Below are positions 53,401 through 64,000 of a DNA stretch of 64,000 nt, one piece after another. The stretch spans positions 322,312-386,311 of the forward strand of contig MU058205.1 of assembly GCA_013265495.1 (NCBI GenBank), given 5' to 3'. Under the pieces are notes generated by a model, which saw only the letters and a program-made list of their open reading frames with translations, searched no databases and was not told the origin of the DNA. Numbering within the stretch: position 1 is the stretch's first letter; every line of letters starts with the position of its first letter. This DNA comes from Vicugna vicugna (Eukaryota). The position numbers and the translations under genes were made by a program.

Positions 53401-53829
53401 GCTGCCTGCCGCTGAGGGGCCGAGTCCAGGGAGCTTGCCCAGGCCTGCAAAGGGAAGCTCCTCCTTGCTCATCCAAACCCGCAGGTGAGCAAAAGCACAT
53501 GTCTGCCCACGTGGTCTGCAAGCTGACAAAAAGAGCAGGTGGGAAATCCCCTGTATTAAAAGCTCCAACCTTTAAAAATCACCTCCACTTAGAAGCAAAA
53601 AAAGGAACCATTAAAGGATCTTCACTGCTCCCTGACACACATCACCATCTCCCCTCATTGCTTGAGAAGAGCCATCACATCAGTAAAGGGTTCCAAGCAA
53701 ATGTCATGCTGGGGCCCTAACGGGCACCTGTCAGGTGGCCTGGACGCCACCCATGGGTGGGCTGGACCGTCAGCCAGAAGCGTGGCCGGGAAACCAGAGA
53801 GGCAGACGACGGCTTGTGACCAGCCCCCA

Positions 53830-54190
53830 CCCTCTGTACCCCTCTGCTCGGGCTTCTGTAACAAGTGCCACAGACTGGGGGACCTCTTAACACATGGGGA
53901 TTCACTTCTCCCAGTTCTGGAAGCTTAGAAGTCCAAGACCAAGGTGTGGGCCCATTCAGTTTCTGGCTCGCAAATGGCCACCTTGTTTCCATGTCCTCAC
54001 TGGCAGAGAGAGCAAGCGAGCTCTGGTGTCTTCCCTCTTCTCAAAGACATCCCATCACGGGCGCCCCACCCACATGACCTTATCAGAACCTAATGACCTC
54101 CCAAAGGCCATCTCCAAATACCATCTCACTGGGGGTTAAGGCATCAACATCTGAATTTGTAGAGGACGGGGCACAACTCAGTCCACAGCA
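53830..54190 (-). mobile_element. MLT1A/B-like MaLR solo LTR
   Basis: tgtaacaagtgccacagactggg, agttctggaagcttagaagtccaaga, cctcccaaaggccatctccaaataccatc. Confidence 0.85.
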
Positions 54191-56076
54191 CCCTCCTCAT
54201 CTCAGGGGCATCTCTCTGAGCAGATGACCACTCCAGGGCAGGGGCTTGCGGTCCACATTTTTAACCATCTTCCCATGGGACAGGGCCAGCCAGGTGGCAT
54301 TCAGAATCCCACCAACCTGCCGGTTGGAAAGGGCAGACCACCCAGAGGGAACCTCAGGGAAAACTGACCTTCCTGGACCAAAACTGCTCTTCTGTGCCCA
54401 GTCCCAGGGCATCCAGGGGCCCCTACAGCTGTCTGAGTGGGAATGGCTAATTCAGAAAGAGAGAAATGACAATAAAATGGTTGTTTCCATGTGATGACAG
54501 CCTTGATGCAAGAACAGGAGCTGAATGCCGACCCCACTGACCCCCCAGAATTGTCCTCCCACGAGCACACGTGAAGATGGTTGGGGTCTGGCTAATTCTG
54601 AACCATTTTATGGATTAGAGGGTTGGTTCCTTAATAATGAGCTGCTGTCCAACTTGCAATTCTCTTTGCTCAAGATAACATTTTTTAGGTCAGCTTTCTT
54701 TCTATTTCCACTAAGAAACTATTAATTGTGGTGATTTAGTGAGAAATTTTTAATAATTTCTTAATGAAATGTAGAGAAAGCTGACCTAAAAAAAATTGTC
54801 TTAAGCAACAGAATTGTGAATTAGTTATAGAGATAATCATTTTTTTTATTGTTAACTAAAATATGTATGATCATATAATAGGCATGTGGTTGATATGATT
54901 TTGAATCACACAGCTAAGTTTTTTAAAATGCTTCATCGTTCCCTCCCCAAATTCCTCAACTCCCTCAAATGTATGCTGGGAAAATCAACCTTCCCTACTT
55001 TGTTTCCTTAGGCCTCGAATGTAGATTTTGCTTCCTTTCCGGCCTCAGGAGGATGTGATCTGGCCCTTTTCCAAGCCCTCATTGTTCCTCAAAGAATCTC
55101 TGTCTTGGTAATTATATTCTTTTTGGAATATAATTATGTTCCAGGCTCTCACTCAATCGTTACTTCCTGAGGGTCACAAAGACTCGGGTAATGTTATGGT
55201 TTATCCACAATCTACTATAAATGTGTGCGAAATGCCTTAAAGAAAAACATGACAGGAAACTGGCCCACAGAGAAGCTACCCAGAGCACCCGAGACCTGAG
55301 CATTAAGTCCTCAAAGCGGAATCTTCATTTTACATCTCGTTCCCCTAAAGAAGCAAGGTTTTCCATCGATCGCTGTGCGCGCCTAGCGGTGGGAACCCAC
55401 ATTCTTCTTCCCGAACCCAAAATCTGGGTCAAGAATTGAAGCTCCTGTACCCAACACCGGCTTATCCTTTAAGCCAGCGTGTCCTGCTTAAATGGGTGGA
55501 CATCTTCAAAGGCCAAGTTTTCATGTTTCTGAGGGTTGTTTTCATGACAAATGGAGCTAGGAGATTTGGGAGGTGGAGAACAGAAAAAGGCTAGACAGAG
55601 AATCAGTGTGACTATAAAAAAAATCAAATAAAGAAAGAACCATGTGGTGTTTTTAAAGATGAAGAAAAGACATGTATTCCATCTGCTCTTTGGCTCCACG
55701 TGTTGCAACTGGAGACGCAAGAATTCTTGAAGGAGCCTGAAAAGTGATTTTCAAATATTGTTTTGAGATCCATTACTTCACTCGATGGTATTTCAGGGAG
55801 CATGCGAGGGCCTGAGAATGCCAGAGTTCTTCGTAAATCAGGTGCAAGATGAGAAAGAAGTTCAGCAAGACGATGAGGGCAGAAGTCTCCCTTGGCTAAG
55901 AGCTCCGGGAGGAAGGAGTGGGTGGGGGATACCTAAGGGAACTCAGCAGAAGAGTGGGAAACAAGAGGAAAACTTTAACTGAAGAATATGTAGGAAAAGA
56001 AATGTAAAGATAGGGTATATTTAACTAAACAACTTAGACAACAAAGACAAATGTCCCCAGAAAGCTAATTCTAACA

Positions 56077-56205
56077 GGGAGGGGTGGTGTAGCTCAAGTG
56101 GTAGAACACATGCTTAGCACGCAGGAGGTCCTGGGTTCAATCCCCAGTCCCTCCTCTAAAAATAAGTAAGTAGAACTAATTATCTCCCCCTCAAAAAATT
56201 TTTAA
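56077..56205 (+). mobile_element. tRNA-derived SINE (Vic-1-like) with a 16-bp TSD
   Basis: A box tagctcaagtgg, B box ggttcaatccc; TSD aaagctaatt(ct/cc)aaca at 56061-56076 and 56206-56221. Confidence 0.92.
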
Positions 56206-57324
56206 AAAGCTAATTCCAACAAACATAATTCTTAATGACAGACGCCAGAGCTTAGAAATTTTCAGAAGAGGGGCAGAGGCAGAACATCTTAACATGAAAG
56301 GTTAAGAGCCACAAGGGGGTCCCTGGTGGGAAAGTCGAAGGGGGTGGGATAGCCCCAGAAGGCCTGGAGCCAGCCCTCCAACCCAAACCATAGCCAAGCT
56401 CACCATGGATGGTGACTGCTGCTGGGGTCCTCAAAGCCACACAACAGAGATCTAGTTTGAATGCACAGCCTCACCCCTATATGTTGATCTTCTCAATGAA
56501 GCCCACAGCAAACTTCTGATGGTTAAGAAAGCCTTCGATTAAACCTTTTAAGAGTTCTTCCTGAACTTCATTTCTGCACGTACTTCGTGTTGTGGGTACG
56601 TTGAGTTGGAGATTGTTGACGTCAGGGATGGATTCAATTTATTCAGATGAATTTACTCAAAAGTCTCATCCTAAAGATCAAATGTGAAGTGAGTGTGACT
56701 CAAGAGGTTGAGAAGACATTTACAGAAGAGGTTTAGATGGACAAACGTGTATTTCTTCCCCTCCTTTATATCACTCCATAGTTTTGGACAAAACTAAGAA
56801 AAACCTCCCCAGCCTTTAGTATCTGAGAGGCTATGTAATCACAGGGCAAAGGGGATTGTCCTCGCCTCTGATGGACCAAGGAGAACCTTTGACACCCAAC
56901 TTAGGCCTTACCAGCTTGTGTCTAGCCTGATGATGAGTCTCTGTTAATAACACAGAATTTATTTATCTCAAAGAAGTCTCGTTTAACAGAAATAAAACAC
57001 ACACTAAGTGGAAGTCCCGGGACCCTACTTGCTGTTGGCTCCTTTGCTGAAGTCTGGCCATGGTGAGAGAGAATCCAGCACAATCCACCTGCCGTCGGGG
57101 GAAGAAGGCTCTGGAGAGGGGAGAGAGGCAGGTACAGACAGACCCACAGCCCTGCAAAGCCCCTGCTTCTTCCCTTCCTGAGCTGCTGCTCCCAGAATCC
57201 ACTCTGTCTCCTCCCCACCCCCACAGTGGGCTAATAAACCTGTTCTAGAGCCTGTTCTGTATTAGTTCATTTTTAGTGTTTTACTATTTGTTCCTTTAAC
57301 TGATGGGAAAAAAAAGGAGGCTAA

Positions 57325-57570
57325 TTACAATAAGAACTTTGATTCATTAGGTACTTCATAGTACCATGTGCTATTCAAATTTTTATCTGCATTATCTTAT
57401 TTGATATTTCATAACAGTCCAGTGAGCTGGGTGCCATTTCTACTACCAACCTGTAGATAAGAAAACTAAAGCTCAGAGAGGTTTAGTTACTTCTCCAGGG
57501 TCACACAGCTAGTGGGTGGTAGAGCCCAGATACAAAGCTGCTAAGTCTGATGCCAAAGCCCCCGCTTTCT
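57325..57570 (-). mobile_element. MIR SINE
   Basis: gtagataagaaaactaaagctcagagaggtttagttacttctccagggtcacacagctagt. Confidence 0.8.
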
Positions 57571-60500
57571 TATCTGTCCCCCATCCCCCAGTATCTCTAC
57601 TTAACCACAATGGGAAGTTAGTAATCCAAATAGACTTTTCAACATTTATATTTGCTCTTGGAGAAAACTGAAATCCAACACATGAGAGACATCAAAGCAC
57701 CAGACCCACCCTTGGATTGTTTTGGAAAATCAGTGTAAGAGAAAGCATAAAGGCTTTCATAGAACAATTTAGCTAAAAATAAAACACCAAACAGAGGGAA
57801 GATTCCCAGGCCCGGGGCAGGAGGGGGATCAGGACAGCAGAGGCAGAGAAAGGCACATGCCGAGCCGAGGGCCGTGTGTCACAGATCCTGGTTCGTAGGT
57901 GCTTCTCACCAGTGCCCCGCCTCTGCCGGTTGTATGTCAGCAACCAGGTTCCAGGGGGGACAAAGGGAGAAGGCAAAAGGAAAAAGACCAGGGGGCAGGC
58001 CAGCCACAACTGTCCCTGTGGCACTGTGGACGGAGTCCCATCACAAAGCCAGCCCTGGACGGAGTCAAACTTCTCACTGCTGCCACTAGATCAGTGGCTC
58101 CTAGGTGGCAGGCGGGGCTCAGGGCTCCGCTGCAGAGATGGTAGATGGTTGAGAGCAGAAAGGGGTGGCCGGGAGGGAATCCAGTGGCAGGATCCCGGGG
58201 AGGCCAGGCAGGGCCTCGGGTCCAGCTCCTGCAGCCACACCACGGGACCGGGCACCGAAGGCCTGCCTCCCTGCTATGATCAGGGACCTCCTGCCACGAA
58301 ATCAGAAAGCCAGGGCCATGACTCGGTGCTTTCTCTAGGAGCCCTGCCTGCGAAACCGTGCCTCCGTCCCAGCCTTCGTCTCCCCACTCAACTCCATTTC
58401 AGGTCAGTGTCATCACGTGCCTCTGGTCTGCAGCACAGACATCATGTCCAGAGCCCTCGCAGCGAGGGACTGGGAAGGACAGACTGGTCTCCCAGCGATG
58501 GCAGAACTGGAAGACCCGGCAGGAGGCCATCAGAGGGGAGGCTGAGTAAACTGATGGATGAGCCACACACTAGCAAAGAAGCGAAGTATTTTGGCTTCTG
58601 AGCTACTGGGGGGGGTGGTGGCAGCTTGGGGTAAGAAACACACCTTGTTTTCCAGTTTGGAGGACTCAGGACGCAGGCCCATTGTCTGGTGAGCATGGCA
58701 CGGGGTAGGTGAAGAAAAATTTTAAAAGAAACATGGCCCCGGGCTCCTGTCCTGAAGAGGGGGCTGCACTGTCCTCACTTACTTCACAGCTCCTCAGACC
58801 CAGGACCCACCAGAGAGTGCACACAGGCCTGGCCCCAGGTGCTGTCGGTCTAACAGGAACGCCAGGGCCAGACAGAGTGGGCAAGGCCACTTACAGATGG
58901 ACAAGCTGAGGCCCCCGGAGGCAGCTGGCCCTGCCCGGTGTCCTCTGGGGTAAAGCTGAGACCACCAGCACAGACCCCGCCCTCCCAGGAAGGGTGTCTC
59001 CTGCCAGCGACGAGCTCCCACAGTGTCCCCGGCTACGGAGCAGCTCCGATTTCCAGAGCCTTCATACTCCACGTGCCAATTCAAAGAAGGAGCCATTTGA
59101 CTAGAAATTTTAATTAAAAGCAGTTCAATACCTAGATTTTCAAGAGCACATAAGAGGATGGAGTTTCATGCACAACACAACTTTTCTTAAATCCTCTTTC
59201 CCCATCTCTTCCACTGACCCTCCAAAAACGTCTATCCAACGCTTTGCTCCTCTGTTCCCCAAAAAGCCTGTCCCCTTGTCTCCCCACGTGGATGCCTGTG
59301 TCTCCTTCCCTGCCTCCTTAATTCCTCTTCTCCTCTTCCGCCACATCCTCCAGCCATCCCCTGCTACCTGCCTCCTTAATCCCCCATCACAGTCCTTGGA
59401 CAGCGGCTAAGTCTTCAGAACGAGTCAGGACTTGCCCAGGCTCCAGGCAAAAGCGGATGTACACATACTTGGCAACTCCTGGCCCCCAGCTGCCCCACCT
59501 CCGCCCTGGCCTCTTTGCTGTCAAAATCCTTCAAGTGGTTTCATTACAAAATGTGATGATTTCTGGTGTTGGCCAGACTGGAAGCAGCAGGTGCCCACAC
59601 CTTAGACCCCTACTGCCCACAGCGATGCTCAAAGACTTGAGTTAATTAAATCTGTTTACTGCTTACTCTGCACCTCCACACAAACATTAGTTCACACCCC
59701 GCGCAGAGATCGAACCCAGGAAATATTTAAGTATGATCTCCTGCCCAACATGACACACAAATCATTTCCATCATGGAAAAAAAAAAAACAGGCAGGAAAA
59801 TAATAGCACATTGAAACCGGTTATGCAATAGAGCCCGCACGGCCAAAGTCCTGGCGCTCAGCTAACACAGGGCGTCCAGGGAAGGGGCCGCCGGCCTGGT
59901 GCTGGCTGATGGGTTATGATATGAAGAAGCCTTGCCTTCTCCCCGGGGCTCCCTGTCAGCTGGGGCCCCAGAAAGGAGACGCTGCCTCCAGCACCATCCT
60001 GCAAAGGCAGAGAACAGCCCGTTGGTTCGTGATCTCCTGGTGCCAGCGCCCCCACCTTACCCCCGGAACTTGGAGCGGGTGGAGGGAGGTGGTCCCTCCT
60101 TGCTTCGCCTCCATCTGCGACTGCTCCACTGTGTCCCATCCCCTCCCTCCTTTACTCTGGCCTCTGCCTTTGCCTCTCTCACCTGGGCAGTAACTCATCT
60201 TTCTGGATCTCAGACTGGATCCCCGTTACCCCACAACAAAAGCCCTTCTTTGGCCAATGAGATGTGATGGACATGAATTGTTTCCCCCCTGGGAGCCCCC
60301 AGGGCCTGCACCTGCCCTGCGGGGCTCCTCAGGGCCTCTGGCCACAGCGGCTGGCCATGTTCGAGCTTCTTTGTGAGACTGGGTCCCCACGTGAAGGCGC
60401 CAAGGAGCAGAGCAGCACCCACCCGCGAGGTCCCCACGGCGCCCATGCACAGTAGTGCTTTGTTCTGGTGAAGCCTCTGGACCTGGGAGCTCTCTGTTCC

Positions 60501-60644
60501 TGCGGTGTAACCTCATACGCCCCGAGTGATCGGGACATGCAAGCGGCTCTGGGTGTTTCCTTCTTTGGAGAATGTCACGACTTCCTCAACCTCATGGTTA
60601 ATGCGCACATTAGAATCCAGAAAATAAAACAGGAAGACTAAGGG

Positions 60645-61960
60645 CTAGTATCATATGATAAAGAATTTGACTAGCCGTTGTCCCAGGTCCCTGGGAGGGA
60701 GGCTGTATGTTTTTTAACTGAAGTATAGGTGGTTTACAGTGTGCTAATTTCTGGTGTACAGCAAGGTGATTCAGTTATCATGTACATCTATATTCCTTTT
60801 TATATCCTTTTTCATTACAGGCTATTACAAGTTATCGAATATAGTTCCCAGTGCTATACAGTAGGACCTTGTTGTTTATCTATTTTTTTTTAATTGAAGT
60901 ATAGTCAATTTACAATGTTGTGTCAACTTCTGGTGTACAGAATAATGTTTCAGTCACACATGTACATACGTATATCTCCGTGTTCATATTCTTTTTCATT
61001 ATAAGTTACTACAAGATATTGAATACAGTTCCCTGTGCTATACAGGAGGACCTTGTTGTTTATCTATTTCATAGGTAGTAGTTAGTATCTACAAATCCTG
61101 AACTCCCAATTTATTCCTCCACCCCTCCCTTCCCCTGTAACCATAAGCTTGTTTTCTGTGTCTGTGAGTCTGTTTCTGTTCTGTAAACAAATTCATTTGT
61201 GTCATTTTTTTAGATTCCACATATAAGTGATATAATGTGGTATTTTTCTTTCTCTTTCTGGCCTGCTTCACTTAGTATGTTGCTGCCAACAGACTCTATT
61301 CTATTCTAAATCTAAATTTCCCAGGGAATATGAGTGTCCTCATTATTCATGAGCTCCCTGATCACACCTGAGTTTATGCTAATGAGGTGACTCACGTGAC
61401 CCTCCCAGACAGTGTCAGGATGGGCTGGTCATGCTGAAAGACCAACCACGTGATTGATTAGAGGGCTGGGGACTCGAGCCTCTGTTATCAGCCTAACCTC
61501 CCGGCCCCCGGGGAGGGGCGGGGCCTGGATATGGAGTCGTCACACGGCCAGCGAGTCAGTCCATCAGGCAGTGAAACCCCAGTCCAGACTCTGGTCCCTG
61601 AAGCTGGGTGGGCTTCCTGGTTGGTGAATGTATCGATGAGCCTTGATTCCATGGGGAGAGAACACTTGGGGACCCTGCAGAACCTGCCCTAAGGACCTCT
61701 TCATTTGGCTGCTTCTGATTTGTATCTTTTATAATAAAACAGGAAACGTAAATTACAGCACATTCCTGAGTTCTTTGCCTCATTCTAGTGACTTATCACA
61801 CCCAAGGGGATCATGGGAACCGCCCAGATCAGCAGCTGGTCCGTCAGAAATGAGAGCAGTCTTGTTGGAGACCATGCCCTTTAGTGTATGGGGTCCACTC
61901 GGAATCCAGGTGGGTGGTGCTAGGAGTGAATTGCAGAAAACCAGTTGGTGTCAGGATCCA
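60645..61960 (+). mobile_element. MER21C-like LTR interrupted by an L1 insertion
   Basis: ataaagaatttgactag...ccctgggaggga; cacacctgagtttatgctaatgaggtgact; tttataataaaac; gtgaattgcag. Confidence 0.75.
60709..61280 (-). mobile_element. L1 3' end with a doubled terminal ~175-bp unit, nested in the LTR
   Basis: Two diverged tttaa(c/t)tgaagtatag...ccttgttgtttatcta units (60709-60882, 60884-61066). Confidence 0.85.
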
Positions 61961-63312
61961 TAGGAAAATTGGTCAAACAGTGCATCAAGCTGGGAGATCC
62001 AGCGGGAGTGAAGTCCCCTGATGATGAGGTGTGGATGGAGAGGATGAGACTCTGGAGGGGCAAGGGTGTCTCATTGAAACCCAAGCTAAGTCAGCTTCTT
62101 AAATCTCTCACAGTCCCATCTCCTTGCAGCCAGAGGAGACCCTATTTTTCCCCAGGGACTGGGCTCAGCCTGGCTTCAGTGGCTCTAACAGGGAAAGCCA
62201 CGGAACGTCTCACCTTCTGGAGGGTGTGGTGCACCTGCAGGGATGGTGAGACCAGCCCTCCCCTCGCCCCGGTCTACTCTGTTCCACCCACTTTCTTATT
62301 CAGTGCTCCTCGGGGGCCAGGTCACAAGCCACAGTTCCCAGGGACAGCAGGTCCCTCAAATCTCCTCTTAATTTACCTTCTAGGAAATACCAAAAGCTCA
62401 TTTGAACATCAGGACAGGCCGGGGAAATACGCATGCCCCCTAGGACAGTCCAGTTCTCCTCTGTAAGCTTCAAAAACTGTCTGCCCTAAAGGTGGCCCAG
62501 ACTGAAAGTGTATCCCCTCAAAAACAGAGCCAGGTGAGAGCACAGACACCACTCACAGTCTCAGTCCAGTGTGTGGTGAGCGGGGCCTCGAGCCTGGCCG
62601 AGGTCTAGAAAGAGGGGAGCAGGGTTGATGAAAGAAGCACAGCACGGCCCTTGGCCCCCAGACCTTGACCATCTATTTGCAGAAATAAAGTTTATAAATG
62701 GAAAAAGCACTGCAAGGCAGGCCATGATTACATTTCCAAGCGAGCTGGACAGATCGAAATCAGTCTGGGGAAGAATTTAAAGAAAGAATTGAGCCTTAAG
62801 TAAATGTCACAATTGATGCAGGTCTTGAATGCGCTCCTGCCAAAGAAAAAGATCTTTTTTTAATTAGTTATTTTCATTGCATATTCTTAACCTACTGAAA
62901 CTGCATCAAAGCCCACATCCCTGTGTTGTCACAAAACATGTGGACTCCATGGTCAGGATGGCTGGGGCCACCACACTGACCCAGAAGACAGGCTGGGTTC
63001 TGGAGGGCGACTTGCCTAAAAAGAAGGCGGACCAGCCAGTCCCCCTGCTATTCAACTCCCCTCCTCTTTGCTCCCTGAGAATCTGCCTTTGCCTCTTGTG
63101 TTAGCGCCTAGAAGGGTACACAAGTCACCCCCAAAACCAGCCCATCAGAGGTCAGGAGCAGAGCAGTACTAAGAGGACGCCACCAGCTCCAAAGTGAGTG
63201 GGCGGAAGTAAACTGAGGAGACATCCCAGAAATCAGTGCGACCAGGAACAGCGTAGAATTCTCCGGGTGCGGTGAGAACGGAAGTACCACCTGCGAACCT
63301 CCTGCCTTCATT

Positions 63313-63722
63313 TTGTAGGGAGGGAAATTTTTCCTCCCCTCTTCCAGGTTCTTTCTGCTGGGCTGGTAATTAAATTGACATAAGACAGATTAACGAGAGA
63401 AAAACAAATTTAATTCTGCATATGCAGGAGCCCCACAAAGACCATGAGAGGCTCCCTAACAGGCAGGCAATTGAAGCTTCCAGGCCATGCTGAGCGGAGA
63501 AGAAGGAGCTAGGGGTCGGGGGCTCCAAAGGGAAGGAAGGCAATTCACAGGAACGTGGGAACAACAGATGTTCACCAGGCCAAGCAGAGGCCAAGGGACA
63601 CAGAGAGGACTTTGAACAAACAGGCCTTGCCAGGTTCTCACCATGAAGGGTCAAAATCCACAAAGGGACCAGCAAGACCGCCCAGGCAGGGCCATCGCCT
63701 TCCTGCTTTTGCACTTCTGTAA
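63313..63722 (-). mobile_element. ERV1-class solo LTR
   Basis: tgtagggagggaaatttttcctc terminus; aaattgacataagacagattaac. Confidence 0.7.
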
Positions 63723-64000
63723 AACTGCTTGCTTCTAGGAAAACGAAACTTAGCCCTAAAATTCCATTGATCACTTTCTGTTCCCTCCATCACTAGATCA
63801 GGGCTCTCTGCTAAAGGCATCAGCAGGGCTCTGTTTCCATCTCTTCCTGTATTACCTGCACTGGAGTGCTCCATTTTCCATCTATCTCCCCAGCTAGAAT
63901 GGGTGTACCTTGGGGACAGTGTCTGTGACTGCCTCATTTTTATAACCAGCGAACAATGTCTGACAGTTGACAAGTGCTCAGAAAACATTGGTTGCTGCTG

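Noticed and set aside
56077..56160. tRNA-like sequence (also 35030-35099)
   Set aside because: Has a SINE body, A-rich tail and TSD, so it is a tRNA-derived SINE, not a tRNA gene
57876..58601. 241-aa ORF
   Set aside because: Non-ATG start, G/R/S/P-rich, no recognisable family or exon structure

Overview
Mammalian genomic DNA, most likely camelid, judging by two tRNA-derived SINEs resembling the camelid Vic-1 family and young L1 3' ends. The window is mostly intergenic/upstream sequence: GC-rich unique DNA interleaved with L1, MaLR (MLT1), ERVL (MLT2, MER21-like) and ERV1 solo LTRs, MIR and DNA transposons (MER2, MER5A, MER58A). Repeat family names come from recognising consensus-like motifs by eye and boundaries are approximate. 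The only gene structure I can support is the 5' end of an unidentified minus-strand gene: TATA box at ~2991-2999, exon 1 at ~2657-2970, a 2.6 kb intron, and exon 2 with a Kozak ATG (MDG...) running off the left edge. A CpG-rich promoter-like island lies at ~44.3-45.1 kb, followed by possible plus-strand non-coding exons. The most unusual structure is four near-perfect tandem duplications between 16.5 and 32.7 kb. The 2429-bp one has copies ~99.7% identical except for a sharply bounded ~360-bp core that differs by ~11% and starts at a candidate splice donor. These duplications may be assembly artefacts (two haplotypes joined in tandem), which should be tested first. I found no convincing novel protein-coding system.
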